From Candidatus Latescibacterota bacterium (GTDB lineage Bacteria > Latescibacterota > UBA2968 > GCA-2709665): 64,000 nt of DNA. The position numbers and the translations under genes were made by a program. The stretch covers positions 4,576,001 through 4,640,000 of the forward strand of contig OZ250150.1 of NCBI GenBank assembly GCA_965237675.1, read 5' to 3'. A model generated the notes under the pieces. It did no database searches, was not told where the DNA came from, and worked only from the letters and a program-made list of their open reading frames with translations. Shown one piece after another: positions 10,281 to 20,977 of this stretch (its first letter is position 1; every line of letters begins with the position of its first letter).

Positions 10281-10988
10281 ATGTCACTCACACCCGAGCA
10301 GGTACACCTGTTTCGCCACAACGGCTTCCTCAAATTGGAAAACCGGCTTCCGGGGGAACAGGTTGAAAAGCTCAAGAAGACGATCTTGAGGAACTTCCGC
10401 GAAGAGGTGCAACCGGTCGTGCGTGACAGGGAAGGACGTGTCGTGCGCATCTCGGACGTCGTGGGCAGAGACCCCGTTTTCCTCGAAACCGCCTCCAGCC
10501 CCCTGGTCCTGGATCCCCTAGAATCCCTTCTGGGCCCCAACATAGAACTCATCAAAAACCGGCACAACCACGCCACGCTCCGCCTGGCCTCGGAGAACCG
10601 GCCGGAGGGGTTGCACCGGGACGTCCGGCAGTGGTCACGGACCATCTTCACCGTTATCTTCTACCTGCAGGAAACAACGGTGGAAAACGGATGCACCCTG
10701 GTCGTGCCCGGCTCACACCATTTTCCGGGCGTCAAAGGCCGTCTCTACGCCGACGCATCGACTCGAACTCTCCTGGGCCAGGCCCTGCCCGTGCCCATGC
10801 CCGAAGGCGGCATGCTCGTAATCGACAGCATGATTATGCACGGCGTTGGACAGAATCAAACGGACGGCACCCGGATGAGTATGACCGTGGGTTACCACAG
10901 CGTGGACGAAATCGCCGACTTGGAGAATCCCCACCGGATGTTGGTGCGCGGCGAACGACCCTACGACGGCAACGTACCCCGGAAGTAG
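10281..10988 (+). CDS. Phytanoyl-CoA dioxygenase (PhyH) family 2OG-Fe(II) oxygenase
   Basis: F..NGFL, LHRD, ENGCTLVVPGSHH, distal HG and NQTDGTR. Confidence 0.9.
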   Translation: MSLTPEQVHLFRHNGFLKLENRLPGEQVEKLKKTILRNFREEVQPVVRDREGRVVRISDVVGRDPVFLETASSPLVLDPLESLLGPNIELIKNRHNHATLRLASENRPEGLHRDVRQWSRTIFTVIFYLQETTVENGCTLVVPGSHHFPGVKGRLYADASTRTLLGQALPVPMPEGGMLVIDSMIMHGVGQNQTDGTRMSMTVGYHSVDEIADLENPHRMLVRGERPYDGNVPRK

Positions 10989-11193
10989 TGCTCTGTCCCA
11001 AAAATATCTAACCATTCGGCCGCCGATTCAACCCGTCTCGCAGCGTTGGTGTCCGTTGAGCTTGTCGAAAAGCGCTCGCCGACCTTACGCAGGTAGCCTG
11101 CGCTCAGGCGCCGGTTCCTGAGCCTGTCGAAGGATGCCAGCCGGGCGACTCGTCGGCCGAATTTAGGCAACCTATTTCCGAGACAGAACACTA
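10986..11193. mobile_element. IS630-type MITE carrying hairpin repeats
   Basis: TIRs TAGTGCTCTGTCCCAAAAATA / TATTTCCGAGACAGAACACTA; left end coincides with the TAG stop of the PhyH gene. Confidence 0.7.
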
Positions 11194-11670
11194 GCGTCCC
11201 GTCCTTCTATATTGTTCCAGCAAGCCGGCAATTTGATCGCTAATCGATCACGGTTGGAATAATTCTTATGTTCCCAATGTTTACCCGCCGGTTGCGCCAA
11301 TTCAAGGTGTGGATTGCGATTGGCCCGGGCATTGTGTATCTTGCACCAGGGTATGTAACAACACTTTATCGGATTTCAAGTGGTTTTTTGCGAAAGACCG
11401 AATAACCGTCGGGATACTGGCTGATCCACTCCTGTCGCGGGCGTCGCGGAAACCGAATCCCGAGGCAGCACGCCGCACGCTGTCTGCCCACAGGTATTCA
11501 GATCTTCCCGCGATACGACAGCAGAATCCTGCCAATGTCGATCGAACAACCGATGTCCGGAACTGAGTTGCCACAATTCAGTGGAAATAATTGCAAGATC
11601 TACCCAGCGCAGAATCGTCTCGACGCCGGGTTCAATTGCATTGGCCATTAGTGCAGGGAATGCTCAGTGT

Positions 11671-12009
11671 ATGAATGCGAAAGTTCCAAGAATAACAGAA
11701 CCGCTTTTGGATGAGATCGCAAGAAAAATCATCGATCACTTTAATCCAGATAAAATCATCCTCTTTGGCTCCCATGCTCATGGTGCGCCGAGGAACGATA
11801 GCGATTTGGATCTGCTTGTCATTATGGATACCGAAATGCGTCCGGCAGCGCGAAGTGCCGCGGTTGCTCGCATATGTCGTCCCAAATATGTCGCGATGGA
11901 TATCGTCGTGCGTACACCGGAAGAGATTCATACCCGCTTGCGAAACTTTGATCCATTTCTCGAGGGAATCTTCAAACTTGGACGCACCCTCTACGAATCA
12001 GCCGGGTGA
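11671..12009 (+). CDS. Minimal nucleotidyltransferase (MNT) antitoxin
   Basis: IILFGSHAHG....SDLDLLVI motif; overlaps the HEPN frame. Confidence 0.9.
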   Translation: MNAKVPRITEPLLDEIARKIIDHFNPDKIILFGSHAHGAPRNDSDLDLLVIMDTEMRPAARSAAVARICRPKYVAMDIVVRTPEEIHTRLRNFDPFLEGIFKLGRTLYESAG

Positions 12010-12394
12010 TATACAAGCGTGGGTCTACAAGGCGGAAGAAGACTTTCGCACAGGCACAACGATGGCTCGGAAACGCAGAGAACCTGTTCCCGACAATGTA
12101 TGTTTCTGCGCGCATCAGTGTATTGAAAAGTACCTCAAAGCTTTTCTGGTTTTTCATCGCGTTCATTTTCCGAAAATTCACGATCTTCTGGCACTGTTGG
12201 ATTTCGCTGTGGATATCGATGCCGATCTCGAGATACTGCGTCGTGACCTGAATTTCCTGTACCCATTTGCCGTTGAATTTCGCTATCCCGGGGAAAACGC
12301 CACTGTCGAAGAATCAAAAAAGGCAGCAAGGGTAATGCGGCGCCCGGCGCACTCTGAGGGCGAAGCTGAACCTGGCAGATGTGTGATATCCTGA
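11993..12394 (+). pseudogene. HEPN domain protein; expected start reads ACG, probable C-terminal frameshift
   Basis: WVYKAEED, CFCAHQCIEKYLKAFL, FPKIHDL and FRYPG; ACG at 11993 where an overlapping ATG is expected. Confidence 0.75.
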
Positions 12395-12411
12395 ACGGAG
12401 GTGTTTCCAAA

Positions 12412-12819
12412 TTACTGGGCCCCAACGCCGCCGTTGAGGTCGTCGGCTTCCACCGTCACCGAATTGCTGACTCTCGTCTCGTAGTCGTAGGCCTCCCCCG
12501 CCCTGGTCCGAAGCTGACCGTTGCTTGCGTCGATGGCGAAGGAACCGGCATCGTTCCCGCTAAGACGGTAGGTCAGTTGGTCACGGTCGGCGTCGGTGGC
12601 GCTGACCGAGTGCTATATATTTTGATCGGGCGCCGTACTCTCGGCCACGCTGCGTGACGTGCTCGGTGCGTCGTTGAAGACAGGCGCCTGATTGGGACCC
12701 GGCGGTGGTGGGGGCCGTCGTGGCGGTGTGGGCGGACGACGAGGAGGTCGTAGCGGAGGAGGACCTGACGGCGGCGGACGCGGCGGAGGGACGACCCGAA
12801 TTGGATTCCTGCGGAACAA
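12412..12819 (-). pseudogene. Pro-rich linker + cadherin-like domain fragment
   Basis: NQAPVF..RSVAES..NI*HSVSATDADRDQLTYRLSGNDAGSFAIDASNGQLRT..YDYET with an internal TAG. Confidence 0.75.
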
Positions 12820-12940
12820 AGGATGTGAATGGCATTGTCCCCCGATGTCGCGTTGGGAGTTGCGATGAGAGATGCAGACGCAACACTATTCGTGAATCTA
12901 ATTCCCAATTCAAAGCAGTCAGCGAACTGGGTGGATCATT

Positions 12941-13834
12941 TCAACGAAATCTGCGCAAGGCGTAGCAGGATGATCGCGGGTGCCTCGGAGAAATGGGTAT
13001 GTGCGGCTTCGCAGAAGGCATGGCCGATGGATTAGTGAACCGCTGCAGGCATTTCCAAGACTGGTTCGTGAGAGGCACGTTCGCGGTACCCGGCGCCCGG
13101 TTGACTGTATCGCCGAAGCTTCTCGCAAAGGTCACGAAATCGTCGAATCCGATGCCACCGTCCCCGTTCAAGTCGTATTTCGCCTCGTACTTTTCTTCGC
13201 CCTCTCGATGCCCGAACGCGCGGGCAAACAGCACGAAGTCCGCAAAACCAACGAGCCCGCTCCCGTCAAAGTCCGCGGACGGAAGTGCGGCAAGCTGCAG
13301 GGCGACACCGAGCGCCGGGGTCAAGACCTCGGTCCGTCCGCCCCTGGACAGTTCAGCGCGCAGCAGCCGGATCTCCGTTTCCGAAAACGCTTCGGATGCG
13401 CGAAAACGCACCGTGCCGACCAGGCCCGTGTTCATGGTTGCCGATCCGCTCAACGCAGCGACGTCGATCCTGACAGACGTGGAATCCTGCATCACAGGCA
13501 CATGGGCGCCGGGCAGCACGTCGCCAGCGACGAATCCCTCGTAGACCAGCTGGGCGGCCTCATATCCGAAGCGCACGGAAATACTGTTCGCGCCTTTTGT
13601 ATCCGAGCCGAAGAATTGAATGGTGACAGGCCCATCGGCAGGAACGTCGAGGGAAGACAGGGCCTGATCGCCGTCGGATTCGTCCAGGTCCAGAGCGAGG
13701 GAAAAAGCGCCGGGTTGCGAGGATGGCGACAACGGGAAAATGAATAGTGCCACGCACACCAGGCACACGGTGCCGAAGGCGAGGGGGAATCTAATAGAGG
13801 AAAGTATCATCATCCAAAATTGGTTTGGAGTCAA
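12941..13834 (-). pseudogene. Secreted protein N-terminus: cohesin-like + EF-hand/dockerin-like repeats, truncated
   Basis: Hydrophobic leader; ADFDGSGLVGFADF and YDLNGDGGIGFDDF Ca-binding loops; breaks just after VNRAP. Confidence 0.7.
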
Positions 13835-14117
13835 CTTACGGGTCCATAACAGGATACCTGGTCAGGTTGGCGAGCAAAACGAGCTTGCGAGCGTCAAAAT
13901 CGACAATCACTCTTCGGGAGACAGCCACCACGCCTGCGAAAAGGAAGATCTAACCATGACGTCCTGTGGAGCTATCACAATTGAAACTCCATGAGCGGAC
14001 TTTCTCCTGAAGACAATCTTTTTGAGCGCAAGCCGGATGTTTGACCGCTGACCGTTACATCGGCTTGTCGCGCTTCCTCCGGGAGCGATGGGATTGGCCG
14101 TCGCCGGACGCCGAAGT

Positions 14118-15128
14118 TCAGTTAGCTATGAGTTCTCTTACGATCCTTCCGGTTTTTCCGGTGAGCCTTCCGATTTGGATCTGAATGACGCCCTCATCGT
14201 CCACGTACCGTGTCTCCACCATCACCGGGGCGGAAACGTGCAGGGCGAGAGGATTCGTAACTTCCACAATGCGATCGAATGGCTGGTTATTCCCGTCAAC
14301 CTGGAAATTTGAAAAGGAAACGGTGAAACCAGGGACATCCCTTGCGGAAATGGTCCCGCCGTGGCCATAAATCTCAATGAATATCGTATTCAGTGCGCGC
14401 AATGAGAGCGTTCTTCCAGGAAATGCAAGTGCGCCGACGACGGTCGTTTCATCCGTACTCAGATCAGTCGCTTCCATACGTACCCAGGTATGCACATAAC
14501 GTCCCCAGCTGTACGCGACATCATCGGCAGTATAGTTCGCGGGAAGCGGCGCTCCCTCCACAACGTCCGACTTGACCAGACAGAGGCGATAGGAACCCTT
14601 CGTCCATCTGAAGTCGTTGCGCACGCTGATGAAGTCTCCCTCGTAACCCGCGCTCCTGATAAGGCCGCCCGGCGCCTGCCGGATCGCATCCGGATCCCGC
14701 TCTTCCCATCGAGAGAAAATCGCGCCCCGGTTCCTTCTAACGAAGGATATTCGGGCCTGGTCACGGTCTGGATAGCCGTCGATTCGCGTCTGTATGCCTC
14801 CGTAGCAGCGTATGCGGTTGATCCGCTGGTTAAACGGGGATATATACACGTTGATATCGTCGGCCACGTTCCCCGTGATGCTGAACGTGGCACAATAGGA
14901 CTGAATGTCGTTCGGTTCATTCGTGGCGTACAAGTGCACGTTCACCAGGTGCCAGGGCGTATGTATCCGCGTATCCGGCGGAAGGTCAACGGGTTCGGAT
15001 TCCGTCCCGCGTTCGCCGTCACAGCCCCACATGAGACTTGTCGAAAGTGCAACCACGAAAGTGAAGCGTTGTCCCACCACGACAGATGCAAAACGCATAA
15101 GAGTGCGGTATGAAAGATGGTGTCTCAT
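14118..15128 (-). CDS. Putative lipoprotein (possibly DUF3472-like)
   Basis: Lipobox-like LMWGC; GGIQT, AIFSRW and YEGDFISVR motifs. Confidence 0.55.
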   Translation of the reverse strand: MRHHLSYRTLMRFASVVVGQRFTFVVALSTSLMWGCDGERGTESEPVDLPPDTRIHTPWHLVNVHLYATNEPNDIQSYCATFSITGNVADDINVYISPFNQRINRIRCYGGIQTRIDGYPDRDQARISFVRRNRGAIFSRWEERDPDAIRQAPGGLIRSAGYEGDFISVRNDFRWTKGSYRLCLVKSDVVEGAPLPANYTADDVAYSWGRYVHTWVRMEATDLSTDETTVVGALAFPGRTLSLRALNTIFIEIYGHGGTISARDVPGFTVSFSNFQVDGNNQPFDRIVEVTNPLALHVSAPVMVETRYVDDEGVIQIQIGRLTGKTGRIVRELIAN

Positions 15129-15275
15129 AAGATCAAACCACCACCGAAAAACCGGCGGAAAAGCGCCTGGGAATGTGGCTTTCGGTACTTAATCGTGGCG
15201 GACAGAGAATCGCCAGCATTGGACTAAGCCATTGCTGGCGTATTCGCTATCAGATGGACTGCCGAGCCACCGGAC

Positions 15276-16040
15276 TCAGGTCTTTCTGCCTGCGATCAAC
15301 AGCTTTTGGGGCAGCCCCTGCAGCGGTGCCCCCTCCCACTCCTCGGCCTTATCCCCGATCTCCTCGAACCTGATCAGGTCAATGCCCTGTTCGATGACCG
15401 CGTTGAGATACTCTGAAACCGTCCAGTGGAATTCATACTGCACCATGTCATCCGGCGCTTCAGCGCGGATGTCCTCGGCGACCTCGTATTCATGCGGACC
15501 GTTGTCGAGGTAGCTGTGCCCGAGGTCCAGCGATCCGTTCGAATCCTTCCAGATCCTTCGGAACGGATGGTACTCGTTGATGAGAAACATACCTCCAGTT
15601 CGTAGAATACGGACAGCTTCACGGTAATAGGTTCGCAGATCACTGACCCACACGGCCACGTGGCCGCCCGTGTAAACGATGTCAAAGCCGTCGCTCTTCA
15701 GGCAACTCAGATCGGTGATGTCGGTTTCCACGAATTCCATACTGAGATCCAGTTCATCGGCGCGTTTCCGCGCGACCTCCAACTGTTCGGCTGAAATATC
15801 CACTGAGGTGACCCGCGCGCCCATTCCCGCGAAAGCGAATACCGCGAGGTTGTCGCCACTGCCCAAAACACAGACGTCCCGGCCTTCCACGGATCCGATC
15901 AGATCCAGTTCCTGCCGGAGGAAGACTTGCTCCGGCTGCCGGTGGGCAATACGCCACGTGCCGCGTCTATCGTGGCTTGCCGCCCACTCGGCCGCGCCCA
16001 GGTTCCAGCGGTCCCTGTTCGCGCGGTGATATTTGTTCAT
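15276..16040 (-). CDS. Class I SAM-dependent methyltransferase
   Basis: VCVLGSGD, VTSVDIS, FDIVY and LRTGG..INEYHPF. Confidence 0.88.
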   Translation of the reverse strand: MNKYHRANRDRWNLGAAEWAASHDRRGTWRIAHRQPEQVFLRQELDLIGSVEGRDVCVLGSGDNLAVFAFAGMGARVTSVDISAEQLEVARKRADELDLSMEFVETDITDLSCLKSDGFDIVYTGGHVAVWVSDLRTYYREAVRILRTGGMFLINEYHPFRRIWKDSNGSLDLGHSYLDNGPHEYEVAEDIRAEAPDDMVQYEFHWTVSEYLNAVIEQGIDLIRFEEIGDKAEEWEGAPLQGLPQKLLIAGRKT

Positions 16041-16125
16041 ATTTCACCTTTCGGCGATAAATCACAATTTACTTCAATTCACGGTTCTACCACGCCGGCC
16101 GCGCTCAGCCGCCGACCCTCCGTAC

Positions 16126-18201
16126 TCATTGCGCGTTGTCCAGGACCGCGACGTAGGCGTCGTACAGGCTCTGGACCTTCTCGACGTAGTGCACGGGCTG
16201 GCCGCCGCGACAGTAGCCGTATCGCGCCCGTTCGTAGTAGGCCGGCTGGGAAAGCAGACGCATCGCCTCTTCCACGTGGCCGAACCAGCGGTTGGGGTCC
16301 CGTCCCATCTCGCGCGCCAGGCGGCGGGCATCCAGCAGATGTCCGTAGCCGACGTTGTAGGATGCCAGGGCAAAGCGAATCCGCGACTGCATGGGGATCT
16401 CCAGATCGAAGCGCCGGATGAGCTGATGCATGTACTTGGTACCGGCGTGAATGCCCTGTTCGGGATCCTCCAGTTCAGTAAATCCGAGTTGCAACCCAGT
16501 TTTCGGCATTACCTGCATCAGGCCCTTTGCGCCCACCCAACTGACGGCGGCGGGATTGAATTTCGATTCCTGGTACATCTGCGCGGTAATCAGGCGCCAG
16601 TCCTGGCCGTACATTCGAGAGTACTTCTTGGCAAGGTCGTCGTACGGCGACAACTGTCCGCTCAAGTCGACCCGCATTGAATCCTTGGCCCTGGCAATGC
16701 CTCGGCTGTTCTCGAAATACCTTTTCTTCATCATGTTAAAGTAAAGACCGCCCTTTTCGCGCCTGATGTACTGGTTGAGCGATGCCAGCAGCGCCGGATT
16801 GCCCTTGCGAACGGCCCAGCCCAAATTCGTGGATTTGATTCCGAAGGCGGCTTTGAGCCGGCGGCCGTACGAGCGTTCCACGTCGAGCAGGTTGGAATCG
16901 GCAAGCGTAAGGTCGTATAGTTCGGATTCCACCCCGGCAAGTATCTCTTCGGTCTCGATGTCATCGGGCAGTTTGACAATCCGGAGGCCTTTCACGGAAT
17001 CCTGCAACGCCGTCAGGGTCGTATAGAAGGAGGAGCTCCCACGCACGTGCAGGGTCCGTCCGGCAAGATCCCGCAAGCTGGAAATCGAATTGTCATCCGC
17101 GCGCACGACCACGACCTCGTCCACTTCGTTATACGGCCTCGTAAAATCCACCTCAGCCTGTCGTTCGGGGGTTATGGTCATCGCCGCCGCCACCACGTCC
17201 CCCTTGCCTTCTTTGAGATGCGACAACAGTTCGGCATGTGATTTCGGGATAACGATCTCCAGGCGCAGGCCCTGTTCCGAGGCGAACTTTTTCATCAGTT
17301 CGTACTCGAAGCCCACCTGCAGGCCCCGGTGAATGAAATAGGTCATCGCGTTGTTGCGCGTGATCATCCGCAAGCGGCCCCGCTCGATCAGCCTCGGGAG
17401 ATCGTCGGTGAATTCGTGTTGCCGCTCGCGAGAAAAGTGCTGGGCCAGGAGGAATTCATCCACTTTGGTTTTCAGCTGCGTATCTCCGGGACGCATCATC
17501 AACCCGAGCGGGCGGTCCACGGCCAGTACGAGCGGCGTTTTCAAATTGTCAAAATAGCGCGACAGGGCTTGCCAAAGATGGGAGTCGGATACGGTGGCCT
17601 CGTATTCGCCCCGGGCGACCCCGTCCAGCAATGCTTCGATGTTCAGCGTTTCCGGGACGCGGCGGATCCGCAGCGACGGAACTTTTTTCTGGAGTTCGAT
17701 AAGGGTCCGGTGGTAGGAACTGGACTTCCGCACGCAAATCTCCATACCAGCGAGGTCCGCGATCGTTTCGGGCGTTTTGCCGCCCGATTTCGTGATCAGG
17801 TATTCGTCTACGTACATATAAGGGACGGAGAAAGCAGCTCGCTCCTGGCGTTCGGGCGTGATGGTCAGGCTGGCCACCACGATGTCGCCGTCGCCCTCGA
17901 GCAACTTTCCCATTATTTTGGAGAAATCTCCGACCTGGACGAGAACCGGGTTCAGATTGAGGGCTTCCGCAAGCTCCCGGGCGATATCGTAGGTGAGCGT
18001 CACCTGTTGCCCGCGTCGGGGCATATACGCGATCGGTTCCAGGGGGACGATCGCCCTGAGCACGCCCCGCGACTGCAACCCGGGAAGGTCGCCGGTATAT
18101 TTGGGAGACGGCTTCCGGGCTTTCTCAGGCTGGCTACACTGTAGAAGAACGCACAGTGCGGCCAGTCCGACGGAAACGTGAACGCTGAATCGGTGCATCA
18201 T
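16126..18201 (-). CDS. mltF: MltF-like lytic transglycosylase with tandem periplasmic-binding domains
   Basis: Two SBP_bac_3-like repeats, then SLT motifs YQESKF, GLMQVMP and ASYNVGYGH. Confidence 0.85.
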   Translation of the reverse strand: MMHRFSVHVSVGLAALCVLLQCSQPEKARKPSPKYTGDLPGLQSRGVLRAIVPLEPIAYMPRRGQQVTLTYDIARELAEALNLNPVLVQVGDFSKIMGKLLEGDGDIVVASLTITPERQERAAFSVPYMYVDEYLITKSGGKTPETIADLAGMEICVRKSSSYHRTLIELQKKVPSLRIRRVPETLNIEALLDGVARGEYEATVSDSHLWQALSRYFDNLKTPLVLAVDRPLGLMMRPGDTQLKTKVDEFLLAQHFSRERQHEFTDDLPRLIERGRLRMITRNNAMTYFIHRGLQVGFEYELMKKFASEQGLRLEIVIPKSHAELLSHLKEGKGDVVAAAMTITPERQAEVDFTRPYNEVDEVVVVRADDNSISSLRDLAGRTLHVRGSSSFYTTLTALQDSVKGLRIVKLPDDIETEEILAGVESELYDLTLADSNLLDVERSYGRRLKAAFGIKSTNLGWAVRKGNPALLASLNQYIRREKGGLYFNMMKKRYFENSRGIARAKDSMRVDLSGQLSPYDDLAKKYSRMYGQDWRLITAQMYQESKFNPAAVSWVGAKGLMQVMPKTGLQLGFTELEDPEQGIHAGTKYMHQLIRRFDLEIPMQSRIRFALASYNVGYGHLLDARRLAREMGRDPNRWFGHVEEAMRLLSQPAYYERARYGYCRGGQPVHYVEKVQSLYDAYVAVLDNAQ

Positions 18202-18369
18202 ACGTAACTCCTGATCCCGGACTATGATTAACTATGATTATAGAGATTGACTGTGATTAAACCGCATGAAGAGACTGTAATTGATGCGATTTTGGTTTTG
18301 ACCTTTAAGGATTGATGGCGAAAGGAAGAGATGACATGTACATCGCTTGGCTGAAGCCACGGATGTGCG

Positions 18370-18550
18370 CCTGCGCCCTGAGCCTGTCGAAGGGTCGGCG
18401 CAGGGTAGCGAAGCGCGGGCATTTCGACAAGCTTGCTTCGACAAGCGCGTTTCGACAGGCTCAACGCAAGCAGCACAGGCAATGACCACGCTTCGGTACG
18501 CGATCTTCCCTCCCCTCCCCCTGCCGGGGAGGGTTCGCCATCCCCTGTGC
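18370..18550. repeat. Nested TGAGCYTGTCGAA hairpins plus a G/C-tract hairpin
   Basis: Homologous to the reverse complement of ~4810-4895; CTCCCC..GGGGAG block shared with 60024-60075. Confidence 0.8.
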
Positions 18551-18568
18551 AACAGCGAACGTCGGTAA

Positions 18569-19211
18569 CTAACCATACATGGACAGATCATCCCAATCCG
18601 CTGTTAATTCCGGGCGGGCCAACGATGCATCGGGGCGCCAGTTCTGCCACCCCTCTGAATAAAGCCCGCCAAGTCCCTCGATTTCCGCAACGGCGCGGTC
18701 TCCCTCTTTCCTCACCGCCCTGCCCTGCCCGGGTGTCATTCGGCCCTGTTTGACGGCAAAGTCGAGTTCATCCCGATCCTTCCACGTCCAGCTTCGGTCC
18801 GGATCTACGACAATATCCAACTGGTGATCCCTGAAATCGAAACCCAGCCGCGTGCGTATCAGTTTGCGTTGAAGGTTTACGTACCACCCATGAAACACGC
18901 CATCGGCCGACCACCGCACCCACGTTGCGCGACAATCGCCGCACCGGACGATGATGAGAAGCTCCGCCCACTGCCAGATCGCATCGGCCAATGCCCGGGA
19001 TCCCTTTACCCAATCCCGTGGTTTGCCGGAGCGATGGGCCGGCAAAACAGGTTTTTTTGGTTGGCGTACCAACGGGAAGCCATAGCACGATTCTTGCATC
19101 GGAATCCTCGACGACGGTCACGGGCTTTACGTCGATGAGTTGATCGTTCTCGTCAAGCTCCCGATAGAGTATGGGTTCCCCACAGAGGAACCTGGATCGC
19201 AACGTCTCCAT
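18569..19211 (-). pseudogene. DUF402 family protein, frameshifted at an A7 run (19052-19058)
   Basis: PVTVVEDS..VLWLPVGTP in one frame; GWYVNLQ, DHQLDIVV and WKDRDEL in the next. Confidence 0.8.
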
Positions 19212-19307
19212 GGTGAGGACTCCGTTGCTTTGACGCCGAATACACGAAATGACGATGAGTCAATCCGGGAATTCCGCTGAACCGTTGACGAAATACCATC
19301 ATTCGAG

Positions 19308-19883
19308 TTAGCCGTTCCCGGCGAACCACTCCGCGTTCGCGTATAACGCCATGACTGACTTGTGTTTCAAAGCATTCAGAAACCTCACCACGTCGGCTCC
19401 CGACCGCAAGATCACGATGTTTTTGTCGTTCCTGACCCGGTCCAGGTCATGCAGTACGCCCGGCAGGCGGGTCCTGTTGTAGTTCCAGATCCATTCCAGG
19501 AATTCCCGGTCGGGCAACTGCTCCCGGCAGCCGGGATTCAGGTCCGCGCGGCTGCGTCCCAGATTAGTGAGCGCTCTCTTGATTACCCTATACAGACAGG
19601 TGAAACGGGACAGCGCCAGCAGGATTACCGTATCGCTGGCGGCGATCCGCTCGCCCATCGTGCCGCCGTAGTTCCCGTCCAGTATCCAGGCCTCACGACT
19701 GAGAAGGTCAGCGTGCCGGCGCTCCCACTCCTCTGGCGGCGGCTTTTCCCAGTTGGGCCTCCAGTGGACGGCATCGAGGTGAATGACCGGCAGATCCAGC
19801 AGAGGTCCAAGTCTGACCGCCAGCGTGGACTTTCCCGCACCCCCGCAACCGATGATGGAAACCTTGCGCATACAGGTGGTCAT
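19308..19883 (-). CDS. P-loop kinase, topology modulation protein (FlaR-like)
   Basis: IIGCGGAGKST, IHLD..HW and WILDGNY. Confidence 0.88.
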   Translation of the reverse strand: MTTCMRKVSIIGCGGAGKSTLAVRLGPLLDLPVIHLDAVHWRPNWEKPPPEEWERRHADLLSREAWILDGNYGGTMGERIAASDTVILLALSRFTCLYRVIKRALTNLGRSRADLNPGCREQLPDREFLEWIWNYNRTRLPGVLHDLDRVRNDKNIVILRSGADVVRFLNALKHKSVMALYANAEWFAGNG

Positions 19884-19922
19884 TTAATCGCCTGTCTGGC
19901 TATAGAACCTGAAACACCGTCG

Positions 19923-20876
19923 TCAGAACCGATATACAAAGTCCACGTACGGTAAACCGGGGAAAAATGCTTCCTCCCCTAACGTGTTGATAAGTGCGAG
20001 GTCTACGCTCAATCGCCTGCCGAAAAACCGCAGCCCCAGCGAGACCACGGGATCGTCCACGCCCGGGAAAATCCAGTTCTCCGTAACCAATGCCGTGTGT
20101 TGACTGAAGCGATGCTCTGCGCCAACCATCACCATGGGACGATCCGCCAGGTCTCCGTCTTTAAACCCGTATCCGAGCCCCGCAGTCAGGCTTGCATCGG
20201 GTTCCCCCAACGTCACCACACCATACAATATGCCCACAACGGCGTCACCACCCGGAACACGTACGAGAAGGGCGCCCGTTGAGAGCTGAAACGTACGCTC
20301 CTGTATCAAACCGATTTTTGGCGCGATGAAGAAGAGTTGCTCGTCTATATCCACGGTGGGAAAGATCGAAAACCCGCCTCCCAGTGTAAAACGGTCGGAT
20401 ATGCCTAGAGAAAACCCTGGAAAAAAGAGATAGTAGACCGAAAAATAACCCGTACCCTTTTCCAGCATACGCGCCTTCGGTGCAAAGAACAGCCGCGATT
20501 CGTTGGGATTTTTGAACCAGATCTCGCCATCGTGTACGGAAGTGGCAGGTAATGTCTCGATGTATTTTATCTTTGAAATGGGGATTCGGATGACGCCCAG
20601 GTCCGTCTCGAATTCGATCTCGTCATCGCCAATCCGCACGATGCGTCCGACATTCGACGAGCCATCCGTTGTCTCGATCACCTGCATCGTGCTGGAATCG
20701 GGAATCACCAACCGGGCCGCCACGGATGCGCTATCAAGTCGCGTATACCCCGGACGACCTTCCGCGAAGGCAGTGCCCACGCCTTCCGGAGAAAACACGG
20801 TCCAGACGGATATCAGCGATAGCCACAGCATCCGTAGGCCAATTGCAGGGATATTGATTCGAGGCTTGTTTTCCAT
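19923..20876 (-). CDS. Hypothetical exported / outer-membrane protein
   Basis: Signal peptide; SRLFFAP followed by amphipathic strands; C-terminal YVDFVYRF. Confidence 0.65.
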   Translation of the reverse strand: MENKPRINIPAIGLRMLWLSLISVWTVFSPEGVGTAFAEGRPGYTRLDSASVAARLVIPDSSTMQVIETTDGSSNVGRIVRIGDDEIEFETDLGVIRIPISKIKYIETLPATSVHDGEIWFKNPNESRLFFAPKARMLEKGTGYFSVYYLFFPGFSLGISDRFTLGGGFSIFPTVDIDEQLFFIAPKIGLIQERTFQLSTGALLVRVPGGDAVVGILYGVVTLGEPDASLTAGLGYGFKDGDLADRPMVMVGAEHRFSQHTALVTENWIFPGVDDPVVSLGLRFFGRRLSVDLALINTLGEEAFFPGLPYVDFVYRF

Positions 20877-20977
20877 GTGATGCCATCCTTTCGAAAATTC
20901 CGGCGCCCGTGGGTCGGGTCGAAATCCGCCAGGGGCTGCAGTGGGAGCGGTCGCGTTGGTATAACTACGGGCGTGCG

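Noticed and set aside
11200-11650. Possible transposase or RNA remnant upstream of MNT
   Set aside because: Only vague peptide resemblance; no motif or structure I can support.
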